Shown here in pieces: positions 19,285 to 27,994 of a stretch of 39,964 nt of DNA. Position 1 is the stretch's first letter. The number at the start of each line of letters is the position of its first letter. Below the pieces are notes generated by a model that saw nothing but the letters and a program-made list of their open reading frames with translations, made no database searches and was not told the origin of the DNA. The DNA comes from an uncultured Phycisphaerae bacterium (GTDB lineage: Bacteria; Planctomycetota; Phycisphaerae; UBA1845; DATKUK01). The DNA lies in the NCBI GenBank assembly GCA_965602375.1, contig CBFCZG010000003.1:1-39964 (forward strand), in the 5' to 3' direction. The position numbers and the translations under genes were made by a program.

Positions 19285-20085
19285 CTACGTCTTCTCGACG
19301 AGCGAACCCATCAGCGTGATCCGCAGTTCATTCAGATCAAGCCCCTGACGAAGGCGGCCACGCTCGGCCACCGACAGGCTGCCCGACTCCTCACTCACCA
19401 CAATCACCACCGCATCCGAATCGCTGGACAGGCCCACCGCAGCCCGATGCCGCCCACCCAGCGACCGATCCAGCTCGCCACTCTCGGCCAACGGGAACTG
19501 ACACCCCGCCGCCGCCACGCGCCCGCGCTGAATGATCACACCCAGATCGTGTAGCGCCGAACCCGGCCAGAAAAGCGTCTTGAGCAGATCGGCCGACAGG
19601 TCCGCATCCAGCCGCGTTCCCGACTCGATGAGCGAGCCCAGCCCCACTTCGCGCTCGATGGCAATGATCGCCCCGATCTTGTTCTTCGACAGGTACTCGA
19701 CCGCCTCAACAAGGTGATCCACTACGTCGCTCACCTCGCGCGACCAGGGCCGCAGCCACCTGGCCTCACCCAGCCGCATCAATCCCCGGCGCAGCTCCGG
19801 CTGAAAAACCACCAGCGCCACCAGGAACATCCCCGCCACAAACGGCGTGTACAACACCTCGATTCGCTCGAGCATGAACTGCTTGGCCAACACCCTTACC
19901 AGAAGCGTCGTCACCACCAGTACGATCACCACGCCGGAGAACAGCCGTTCACCGCGCGTACCCCGAAGGAAGCGAAGGCACAGGTACACCACCAACCCGA
20001 TCAGTATCAGTTCCACAGCCACGTGGATCGGGTTGTATGCGGGACTTGCCAGCCGCCCCAGATAGTTCCGCACCGCTTCAAACAT
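19285..20085 (-). CDS. cdaA: diadenylate cyclase (CdaA/DacA type)
   Basis: Three TM helices, VVFQPELRRGL, GAIIAIER, LHDLG, RHRAAVGLS and VVSEESG. Confidence 0.93.
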   Translation of the reverse strand: MFEAVRNYLGRLASPAYNPIHVAVELILIGLVVYLCLRFLRGTRGERLFSGVVIVLVVTTLLVRVLAKQFMLERIEVLYTPFVAGMFLVALVVFQPELRRGLMRLGEARWLRPWSREVSDVVDHLVEAVEYLSKNKIGAIIAIEREVGLGSLIESGTRLDADLSADLLKTLFWPGSALHDLGVIIQRGRVAAAGCQFPLAESGELDRSLGGRHRAAVGLSSDSDAVVIVVSEESGSLSVAERGRLRQGLDLNELRITLMGSLVEKT

Positions 20086-20118
20086 CGATCTCTTCGCTCG
20101 CCCGGCGATCGAACCACT

Positions 20119-20146
20119 AGTATAATCGCCTCGGTTATACCTGCAA
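20119..20146 (-). promoter_or_regulatory. sigma70-type promoter of cdaA-cdaR-proA, overlapping a divergent TATAAT
   Basis: Minus strand TTGCAG-16 nt-TATACT; plus strand TATAAT at 20121-20126. Confidence 0.5.
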
Positions 20147-20207
20147 ACTCCGTGGTTCATCGACGTTGAGAGGGCCCGCCCTCCAACGTCCGATCGGGAA
20201 TCTCGCC

Positions 20208-21236
20208 ATGCAAGCAGCCGTCTTTGTCGAGGACCACCGGATCGAAGTCCGGGACCTGCCCAAGCCCGCACCGGGGCCTGAAGAAGTGCTCGTTAAGGTA
20301 GCCGCCTGCGGCGTCTGCGGCACCGACGTGCACATCTATCACGGTCACCTCCAACACGAGGTCCAGCCACCCGTCGTCCCCGGTCACGAGATCGCCGGCG
20401 CGATCGAGTCGGTCGGCTCCGAGGTGACCCATTTTCGGAAGGGCCAGAACGTCTGCGTCGACCCGGTCGTCTCCTGTGGATGTTGTCGCTACTGCCGCAT
20501 GGCCCGACCCAATCTCTGCCCCAACCTGGCCACTATCGGGTACGTCCGCAACGGCGGGTTCGCCCAGTTCACCGCCGCGCCGGCCGCCAATGTCTACCCC
20601 CTCGCTGGCGACACGCCGGCGACGGCCGCCATCCTCGTCGAGACCCTCGCCTGCGTGCTCAACGGGTACGATAAGCTCTCGCTGCAACCGGGGCAGACGG
20701 CCATGGTCCTGGGCGCCGGCACGGTCGGACTGCTTTGGACGCAACTGCTGCGGCGAAGCCCTGTCAGCCTGTTGATCGTCTCCGAGCCGGTGGCCTTCCG
20801 CCGCGACCGGGCAGCGCGGCTCGGACCGGATCTGGTCGTCGACCCGGCCAACGAAGACTTGCCGCAAAAGGTGCTGAACGTCGCGCCCGAAGGGATCGAC
20901 TGCATCATCGACGCCTCGGGCGACCCGGCCGCCGTCGCCCAGGGCATCGACCTGGTGGGCAAGAGCGGCACCTTTGTCGTCTTCGGTATCTGCCCGCCCG
21001 AAGCCGCCGTCGCGATCAACCCCCATCAAATCTATCAGAAAGAGATGCGCATCGTCGGCTCGAAGATGCCCCCCTACAGCCTCCAGCGGGCCTCACAGAT
21101 GGTCCAGGCCGGTATGATCGACCACGAGAACATCGTCACCGACCTCATGCCGCTGTCGGAACTGCCCGCAGCGCTCGACCTGTTCGAATCGGCCCGCGAC
21201 CGGCACGTCAAGATGGCGATCGATCCCTGGGCGTAG
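20208..21236 (+). CDS. zinc-dependent alcohol dehydrogenase family (sorbitol/threonine dehydrogenase-like)
   Basis: CGVCGTD, GHE, structural Zn site CxxCxxC...C, and GAGTVG Rossmann motif. Confidence 0.92.
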   Translation: MQAAVFVEDHRIEVRDLPKPAPGPEEVLVKVAACGVCGTDVHIYHGHLQHEVQPPVVPGHEIAGAIESVGSEVTHFRKGQNVCVDPVVSCGCCRYCRMARPNLCPNLATIGYVRNGGFAQFTAAPAANVYPLAGDTPATAAILVETLACVLNGYDKLSLQPGQTAMVLGAGTVGLLWTQLLRRSPVSLLIVSEPVAFRRDRAARLGPDLVVDPANEDLPQKVLNVAPEGIDCIIDASGDPAAVAQGIDLVGKSGTFVVFGICPPEAAVAINPHQIYQKEMRIVGSKMPPYSLQRASQMVQAGMIDHENIVTDLMPLSELPAALDLFESARDRHVKMAIDPWA

Positions 21237-21258
21237 CATCGCCCGGCGCGCCGCGTTT

Positions 21259-21873
21259 CTACGGAGCCGACCAGACCACCTTGCCCTCGCCCTCGGCTGC
21301 GTAGAAAATCGCCTTCCCCTGTGCGTCCACACCCACCGCAACGCGTGGCCTCGCTTGTTTGTCCTGCACCATCAACCCCGAGACCCCGTCGGCCGGCAGA
21401 CTCAAGCTCAGCCGATTCTTACCGTCCGGCTCGAAGAATCCCAGGCGCGGCGAGCCGTCAGGCATAATCGCCAGCATCGCCCGCGCCTTGGCGGCTGCGT
21501 CGAGCAGTTCCACGCTGCAGATCCCGGTATCGGACGCGCGCAGGGTCAGGCGCGTCGTGCCGTCTTTGTCGACGAACGCGAGCGCGGCCCCACCGTCGGG
21601 CATCAAGCCCAGACCGGTGCGCACCCTTCCCTCCTGGTCGAAGAGGTTCACCGAGGGATTGCCGGCAGCCGACAGCCCAAACACGCCTCGCATCTTTCCC
21701 TGGGCGTCGACCACTCGGAACTCGCTCGCTGTGCGGACCCTGGCTGGACGGACCGTCCCCTGGGCCATGACCCGACGCGGCGTCCACAGAAGGCTCGTCA
21801 AGCCGCCCCCCACCAAGCCCGCCACCGCCATGACCGCCACCGCAAACCCATACTGTCTTGTGCTCATGGTCAT
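21259..21873 (-). CDS. exported/membrane-anchored protein with six 23-aa beta repeats
   Basis: Hydrophobic N-terminus, then repeats of hxhxDxxGxxRhxhxhxxDGxx with period 23, ending in VVWSAP. Confidence 0.75.
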   Translation of the reverse strand: MTMSTRQYGFAVAVMAVAGLVGGGLTSLLWTPRRVMAQGTVRPARVRTASEFRVVDAQGKMRGVFGLSAAGNPSVNLFDQEGRVRTGLGLMPDGGAALAFVDKDGTTRLTLRASDTGICSVELLDAAAKARAMLAIMPDGSPRLGFFEPDGKNRLSLSLPADGVSGLMVQDKQARPRVAVGVDAQGKAIFYAAEGEGKVVWSAP

Positions 21874-21915
21874 ACCTTTTTCGCTCGCCCCGCCACGGTA
21901 CGGCGGCGTGAGGCC

Positions 21916-22986
21916 CTACTCGTACGAACCCAACTCCTTGGCCAGCTCGACGAACCGACGGAAATCCTCCAAACCGACCGACTGAGGCACCGAGTGATCC
22001 GAGCTGATGCAATAGCCCCCGTCTTGCTTCATCACAGGGACCACCGCACGCATCTGTTCGGCCATCTTATCCATGTCATCGAACAGCACCGCGTTCAGGC
22101 CGCCGTGAAACGCCATCCTGTCGCCGTACTTTGCTTTTAAGACCGGAGGATTCATCCCGGCCTTGACCTCCAGCGGATTCAGCATGTCGATCCCCACCTC
22201 CAGCAGGTCGGGTATCAAGGGCTCCACGTACCCACACGAGTGCAACTGCACCTTGACGCCCTTGGCGTGCGCCCAGTCGGCGGCCCGCTTGTGCACCGGC
22301 TTGAGCAGCTCGCGGTACATCGCTTGCGAGAAGAACTGCGACTGCTTGTACCCCATGTCGTCCGGCCAATGGATCTCGTCGAAATGGTACCCCTCCTGCC
22401 AGACCATCTCGAACAGGGCGATGTCGACGTCCAGAAACGTGTTGAACATGTCCACAACCCAGTCCGGGTCGGTCGCCATCGCCATCAGCAGACGTTCGGT
22501 GCCCACCGTCCAGGAGTGCGTCACGTCAAAGCCGAACCAGAAATCGGCCGAGATCCACGACCCCTGCTCGCGCCATCTCTTGTAGTTCTGCCTGAGCGAA
22601 CCCCAGTCGATCCGGTCGCGCGAGGGTTTCATCCGCGCTTTGGCTTGAGCCCACTTGTCCGGCCCGGTGATCCTGAAGTCGAGAAACTCCGGCACGCCGC
22701 CGGCGTGACGCCAGTTCTTCAGCGTTGCCCCCCACTTGGTCGTCCAGATGGTGTACTCGTCGGTTTTTTCGAGCACCTTCTCCGGATATTGCGGGCTGTT
22801 GTCGGCCTTGATGGAGACGAACCTGTCGAGCCCGAAGTAGACCTGGAACGGCACGCCTTCGGGTAAACCCTCGCTCTGCCACCGCTCGATCGTGGCAGCC
22901 CACGGCGTATCGGTGATCGGCACCCGATCGGCCTGCTTGTGCCCGTACATCCGTGTCATACGTTCGTGCGTCGTCGGTTCAGTCAT
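21916..22986 (-). CDS. uroporphyrinogen decarboxylase (URO-D/MtaA-like) family protein
   Basis: DRVP, DDMG, LHSCG, GIDMLNPLE and GGYCISSDHSVP motifs. GAAGG RBS before ATG 22986. Confidence 0.9.
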   Translation of the reverse strand: MTEPTTHERMTRMYGHKQADRVPITDTPWAATIERWQSEGLPEGVPFQVYFGLDRFVSIKADNSPQYPEKVLEKTDEYTIWTTKWGATLKNWRHAGGVPEFLDFRITGPDKWAQAKARMKPSRDRIDWGSLRQNYKRWREQGSWISADFWFGFDVTHSWTVGTERLLMAMATDPDWVVDMFNTFLDVDIALFEMVWQEGYHFDEIHWPDDMGYKQSQFFSQAMYRELLKPVHKRAADWAHAKGVKVQLHSCGYVEPLIPDLLEVGIDMLNPLEVKAGMNPPVLKAKYGDRMAFHGGLNAVLFDDMDKMAEQMRAVVPVMKQDGGYCISSDHSVPQSVGLEDFRRFVELAKELGSYE

Positions 22987-23238
22987 ATTCGTACCTTCCC
23001 TCGCGGGGACCGCCGGACACGCTGCCAAGTCCGGGCACACCCGTGATCGACTCAAGCATATCGGCGGCCGCAGCCTTTGCCAGCCTGCTATCCCGTGTGG
23101 CCGGGCGGTTGCATCGGGCAGCCAGTCCGCATAGAGTGGTGGCCAACCACACGGGCTTTTGCTGTCTGCGGGCTACCGTCGTGTAGCAGGAATTCTTTAG
23201 TCGGTGGAAACCGGAAGTCTCAAGACGAGGAGTTGAGC

Positions 23239-24345
23239 ATGAGAGTTGTTGCTGCTGTGACCACGCTATTCGCCCTTGCCGTCTTTTTGACCGCGTGCAC
23301 CCCCGAGGAGACCACCCCGGCCGTGTCGCAGCAGAAGGCCGATTCGACGGCCGCCGCCAGCCACAACCAACCCGCGCCGCAGCCCGAGGCCGAGACCGAT
23401 CTACCCAAGGCCCAACCTGTCACCGAGCAGGACCCGGCTGAGGAACCCGCCGAATCTGCTGCCCAGACCGAGGCCGAACAGCCCGCCGCCGAGGAAACGT
23501 CCGAACCTCCTGCCGACGAGCCCACCGCCGAGGCCCCGGCAGAGGAGCCTATCGCCGAGGAACCAGCGGAGGAGCCCGCAGCCGAGCCGGGCATCTCGCC
23601 CGAACTTGAGACCGAACTGGCAAAGGTCAGCTACGTGCTGGGGATGGACATCGCCAACCGGCTCAAGAGTCTGGAAACCGACATCGACCTGGATCTGTTC
23701 TGCCGCGGCCTGCGCGACAAATACGCCGACGAGGACGTCCTGGTCACCAGCGAGCAGGCCAGCAAGATTCAGCAGGATTTCTTTACCCGCCTCCAGGCCG
23801 AGCGAGCCCGTAAGCAGCGTGAGCTGGCCGACAAGAACAAGAAGGAGGGCGACGAATTCCTCGCCGCCAACAAGGAGAAGGAAGGCGTCCAGACCACCGA
23901 TAGCGGTCTGCAATACATGGTGCTGAAAGAAGGTGACGGGCCGAAGGCGACCGCAAGGGACCGCGTCAAGGTGCACTATCGCGGCACCTTCATCGACGGC
24001 ACCGAGTTCGACAGTTCGTATAAACGGGATGAACCGAGCACGTTCGGCGTCCGCGGCGTGATTAAGGGCTGGACCGAGGGGCTCCAGCTCATGAACGTAG
24101 GCAGCAAGTACAGATTCTTCATCCCGCCCGATCTGGCCTATGGCCCGCGCGGCTCGAGAAACAACATCGGCCCCAACGCGACGCTCATCTTCGAGATTGA
24201 ACTCCTGGAGATCGTCCCGCCAGCTACGCAGCCGGCCCGCCGCCCCCCACCTCGCCGCCCGACCGCCCGACCAGCCGCTCAGCCCAAGGCCGAGCAGCCG
24301 GCCGAAGAACCAGCGGCCGAGCCCGGCGACGAGGCCACCGAATAA
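23239..24345 (+). CDS. FKBP-type peptidyl-prolyl isomerase (FkpA/Mip-like), lipoprotein
   Basis: GAGGAG RBS, lipobox LTAC, E/P/A linker, FKBP_N (SYVLG...FLAANK) and FKBP_C (VHYRG, FDSS, VIKGW, IPPDLAYG). Confidence 0.95.
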   Translation: MRVVAAVTTLFALAVFLTACTPEETTPAVSQQKADSTAAASHNQPAPQPEAETDLPKAQPVTEQDPAEEPAESAAQTEAEQPAAEETSEPPADEPTAEAPAEEPIAEEPAEEPAAEPGISPELETELAKVSYVLGMDIANRLKSLETDIDLDLFCRGLRDKYADEDVLVTSEQASKIQQDFFTRLQAERARKQRELADKNKKEGDEFLAANKEKEGVQTTDSGLQYMVLKEGDGPKATARDRVKVHYRGTFIDGTEFDSSYKRDEPSTFGVRGVIKGWTEGLQLMNVGSKYRFFIPPDLAYGPRGSRNNIGPNATLIFEIELLEIVPPATQPARRPPPRRPTARPAAQPKAEQPAEEPAAEPGDEATE

Positions 24346-24362
24346 CGGAGACGCGCCTTACC

Positions 24363-24401
24363 GCATGCACTGGCGGCTTTGACGTACCCGCCAGTGCATG
24401 C
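24363..24401. terminator. perfect 14-bp stem-loop after the FKBP gene
   Basis: GCATGCACTGGCGG-11 nt-CCGCCAGTGCATGC. There is no long U tract, so terminator function is uncertain. Confidence 0.55.
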
Positions 24402-24624
24402 TTGCGCGCAATCACCACCGGCAACCTACCCGCCACCGCCCGACATGCCTGCTACCCGCCAGGAGACCTCGCCGCACAGCAGGAACCGCGGGCGCCGGGG
24501 CGTTCGACTGGCCTGAAGCCCGAACTGCGCAATCCGCCCACGGCCAGAGTGGCTTCCGGGCAAGCCGGGAATGACCGTGCCAATCGCCCGGGTCCGCCTG
24601 CCGGCATTTTCGGACATTTTTTTC

Positions 24625-24653
24625 TTGCCCTTGCAGACATTCACACGTATAAT
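24625..24653 (+). promoter_or_regulatory. near-consensus sigma70 promoter
   Basis: TTGCCC-17 nt-TATAAT, preceded by a T tract (UP-element-like). Confidence 0.7.
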
Positions 24654-24659
24654 ATCCTT

Positions 24660-24890
24660 GAGTTCATGGGGCGGTCTGTTCGTCCGCCGGCGGGCGTGTC
24701 GGCTTTGCCGGCAGTCCGGTACCTGATAGGTTCCGGTCCTCGTCCGCAGTATGCGACGTCATTGCCGTTGTTGTTCTGCTTGTTGCGTGTGTGTTCTTTG
24801 TGGTGTGTTGGCTCCAGGCGAAATGGGGCTGCTGCCGAACGTGGGGCACACGGGGACATGTCGCCGGCTTGAGCCGACGGAAAGGCGGAA
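24660..24890 (+). ncRNA. candidate structured sRNA / long 5' leader with GU-rich tract
   Basis: Starts at the predicted TSS and contains a hairpin, a three-way junction, 54 nt without adenine (24762-24815) and further hairpins. G-U pairs favour the plus strand. Confidence 0.35.
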
Positions 24891-24894
24891 TCCC

Positions 24895-25311
24895 ATGGCA
24901 GACCGAAGAACCGACGTCGCGCCGTGCGGCAGCTACTGCGCAGGATGCCTGCACTACCTGGCCCTTGTCCGCCATGACGGCGCCCTTCTCATAAACGTTG
25001 CCGCTGCCATCAAGAAAAAAACAGATACGGTTGTCTCTCTGGATCAGGTTGGCTGCGAGGGATGTTGGGGTACGATTCATCACCCATGGTCTGCGTCCTT
25101 GACGTGCAGGATACGGCGGTGTGTCAGTTCAAGCGGGTTCGCCACTTGTGCCGAGTGCCAGGATTTTTCCTGCGACTTGTACCTTCGGCAGTTCGACGAG
25201 GACAGCGAACAGGCAAGAAACATCAGGGCTATCAGAGCTCAGGGAGTCGACGCCTGGCTGGCCGGCAAGAAACAGAGTCCCCAGTCCATAGCGCCAGGCG
25301 ACACGCGCTAG
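24895..25311 (+). CDS. DUF3795 domain Cys-rich protein
   Basis: APCGSYCAGC...CEGC...CRIRRC...TCAECQDFSC pattern and C-terminal NIRAIR..GVDAWL. GGAAAGG RBS. Confidence 0.85.
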   Translation: MADRRTDVAPCGSYCAGCLHYLALVRHDGALLINVAAAIKKKTDTVVSLDQVGCEGCWGTIHHPWSASLTCRIRRCVSSSGFATCAECQDFSCDLYLRQFDEDSEQARNIRAIRAQGVDAWLAGKKQSPQSIAPGDTR

Positions 25312-25648
25312 CGCGTGCCGCGCCTCATGCCGAAGTGGAAGACGGACTCTCGGGCGGTGTGCCCAAGTGTGGCACTGCTCTCGAGCAGTGTTTGAGATGC
25401 CGCGTGTGGTGGGACTCACGCCTGCGCTGGGCGAGCAACGCGAGCTGAGGCGCCGCCGCGCGGTGCGGGCATGTTTGCCACCCCATGGGTGATCGTCCGT
25501 CAACGTCAATCGGGGGCAGGTCTACGCCATCCCGGAACCTTTTGGCCGCAACGGCGTCAGAAAGAAGACGACCTAGACCCAAGCCGTGGGCCTAGGCTGC
25601 AACGACGCGTTTCCCGGGCCGGTCATCTGTGGCGTCAAAGGGCGTGAT

Positions 25649-26134
25649 ATGGGAAGAATGAGGGTGCTCGTCTCCATCACATCTGCTGCGCTGCTGCTCA
25701 CCGGTCCATCTTGCGATCAGCGAGGGCAGCGACGCAGTGGACCGAAGTACGGCAAGAACGATGTTGAAGTGTTTTTACCCAACTCGATTCTTGGTTCGAC
25801 CAACTGCTTTGTCCGGGGCTTTGGCGTCCCATGGTACCAGGACAGTCGGGCCGCCAGTATCATCCTCACAGCCAGCCAACAGCAGCGAGAGACGATCGTT
25901 CGGCTGCGAAGCCGGGGCGTCACCCATGATGTAATCAGGTTCGGATACGCAGTCGATGAGATCCTGGAAGGCGATTTCTCCGAATCTGTCCTGTCCTTTC
26001 TGACCTTTGAAACACTTCAGGACGGCGTCTTCTATAGGGCGCTTGTCCTCCCAAAGCAGTGCAAGTTCTTTCTGGTAGATGGGGAAGAGCAATTCAGAAT
26101 AGTGAGTATAGAGTTGAAGGAGACTCCTGGCTGA
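25649..26134 (+). CDS. hypothetical exported protein, possible lipoprotein
   Basis: Hydrophobic N-terminus ending in GPSC. Visibly more AT-rich than the core genes. No recognised family; start 25649 or 25658. Confidence 0.55.
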   Translation: MGRMRVLVSITSAALLLTGPSCDQRGQRRSGPKYGKNDVEVFLPNSILGSTNCFVRGFGVPWYQDSRAASIILTASQQQRETIVRLRSRGVTHDVIRFGYAVDEILEGDFSESVLSFLTFETLQDGVFYRALVLPKQCKFFLVDGEEQFRIVSIELKETPG

Positions 26135-26397
26135 GAGATGAAGCTGCCCAGGTTGCTCTACCCAGTATGGATGCACTCCGTTAGTTGGCTTCCGTCCCTC
26201 ACGACCGGCCACCCTTTCAAATCAGTGCTATACCGGCCCGTGCACTACCCTCACCTACCCTCAGCTCCCCAACGCCAGACCTTTCGGCCGGCCCGGCCTG
26301 TTCCTACTGAGGATTACCGCTGGCAAAACACCGCCCGACCGCATAGGGTGCTAACAGACCGGAAGCCAACGCACCGACGCTATAGGAGGTGCCCGCC

Positions 26398-27066
26398 ATG
26401 CTCGAACTGGCAAGACTCGTGCGATGGATCGCAGCCGGGGCGATGGCCGGCTCGCTGGCCGGTTCGGGGGCCGACAATCCCACCACGATCAACCTGCCCA
26501 AGCCAAAGCTCACCGGCGAGATGTCGCTCGAACAGGCCATCAGCCAGCGCAGGTCGGTCCGCGAGTTCGCCAAGGACTCGCTCACACACGAGCAACTGGG
26601 CCAATTGTGCTGGGCGGCCCAGGGCATTACCGACGCGCGACAGGGCTTTCGCGCAGCGCCGTCAGCCGGCGCGCTCTATCCGCTGGAGATCTATCTGGTC
26701 ACGCCCGACGGACTGTTCCACTACAAGCCCACCGGCCACAAGCTCGAACGGCTCGACGCCAAGGACCTGCGCACGCCCCTGTATCGCGCTGCGCTGGAAC
26801 AGGCCTGGATAGCCGGCGCGCCGGCCACCATGGTCATCACCGCCGTCGTGCAGCGAACAGCCGCCAAGTACGGCGATCGCGCGGGGCGCTACTGCCTGCT
26901 CGAGGCCGGCCACGCCGCTCAGAACGTACTGCTTCAGGCGGTGGCTTTGGGACTGGGCGCCGTGCCCGTCGGCGCGTTCGAGGACAAGCGCGTCGGCGAG
27001 CTTTTGCACTTGCCGCAGAATCAGAATGTGCTTTACTTGATTCCGATAGGCCGACCGACCGGGTAG
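26398..27066 (+). CDS. SagB/ThcOx-type nitroreductase family protein
   Basis: RRSVREF, RAAPSAGALYPLE, KYGDRA.RY..LEAGHAAQN and GAF motifs. AGGAGG RBS. Confidence 0.92.
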   Translation: MLELARLVRWIAAGAMAGSLAGSGADNPTTINLPKPKLTGEMSLEQAISQRRSVREFAKDSLTHEQLGQLCWAAQGITDARQGFRAAPSAGALYPLEIYLVTPDGLFHYKPTGHKLERLDAKDLRTPLYRAALEQAWIAGAPATMVITAVVQRTAAKYGDRAGRYCLLEAGHAAQNVLLQAVALGLGAVPVGAFEDKRVGELLHLPQNQNVLYLIPIGRPTG

Positions 27067-27078
27067 GATGATGCCATC

Positions 27079-27948
27079 ATGGAACTCGACGCCCTTCGCG
27101 TATTCACCCAGCCAAAACTCACCGACACGCGCCTGCTGATAGGCCTGTCGGGCTGGATGGACGGCGGCGACGTCTCGACTGGAACGATCGAATGGCTCGT
27201 CCGCGAGTTCGGCGCCAAGGCGATGGCCGACCTTGATCCCGAGCCGTTTTATATCTACAACTTCCCCGGCTCGATGGAGGTATCGGCCCTGTTTCGGCCG
27301 TACACGAAGATCGAGGACGGCCTGATCACCGCCTATGTGCCCCCGCGCAACACGTTCTACTGTAGCGAGGCCGGCAATCTGATCCTCTTCGAGGGCAAGG
27401 AGCCCAACTTCGGGTGGGACGCTTACGCCGAGTGCGTCTTCGCCGTCGCGTCGATGTTCGATGTAAAAATGATCTACTTCGTCGGCAGTGTCGCGGGCAC
27501 CGTGCCCCACACGCGCGACCCGCGGGTGTTCAGCTCGATCTCGGATGCGCGCCTCAAGGACGAGTTGCGGCAATACGGCATTCGCTTTTCGAATTATCAA
27601 GGTCCGGCCAGCTTCGTCACGCTGCTGCTGAAGATGGCCGCCGAGCGCGACGTGCCGATGGCCACGCTGGTCGCCGAAATCCCCGCCTACGTGCAGGGAC
27701 GAAATCCACGGTGCATCGAAGCCGTCGCCCGCAAGCTCGCGGGCACCCTGGGCCTACACGTCACGCTCGACGAGCTGCGAAACGTCAGCGACGCGTTCGA
27801 ACGCAAGCTCAACGAAGTGGTAAAGAAGAAAGACGAGTTGGCCGAGCTTGTCCAGAAGCTCGAGAGCGACTACGACAACGAAATATTCGACACCGAACTG
27901 GGCGACCTGAAGGACTGGCTGCAACAGCGCGGCGTCAGTCTCGACTGA
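27079..27948 (+). CDS. PAC2 (proteasome assembly chaperone-like) family protein
   Basis: GLSGWMDGG, RP.TKIEDG, GKEPN..W, VPHTR, YQGP and IPAY motifs. Confidence 0.88.
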   Translation: MELDALRVFTQPKLTDTRLLIGLSGWMDGGDVSTGTIEWLVREFGAKAMADLDPEPFYIYNFPGSMEVSALFRPYTKIEDGLITAYVPPRNTFYCSEAGNLILFEGKEPNFGWDAYAECVFAVASMFDVKMIYFVGSVAGTVPHTRDPRVFSSISDARLKDELRQYGIRFSNYQGPASFVTLLLKMAAERDVPMATLVAEIPAYVQGRNPRCIEAVARKLAGTLGLHVTLDELRNVSDAFERKLNEVVKKKDELAELVQKLESDYDNEIFDTELGDLKDWLQQRGVSLD

Positions 27949-27994
27949 AACGGATACCGCCTGACCCGTTGGCCTGCTTTCGCCAACTCCAGTA

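Noticed and set aside
21916-22986. Calling this gene hemE
   Set aside because: Its motifs fit the expanded URO-D/MtaA-like paralogue family rather than true HemE, and there are no heme genes nearby.
24872-24881. AGCCGACGGA identical to the tRNA-Thr 3' end (32970-32979), possible att site
   Set aside because: Only 10 bp in GC-rich DNA, no integrase, and ordinary genes lie in between; chance cannot be excluded.
26398-27066. Thiazole/oxazole RiPP cluster suggested by the SagB-type domain
   Set aside because: No YcaO, E1-like protein or precursor peptide nearby; stand-alone SagB-like nitroreductases are common.
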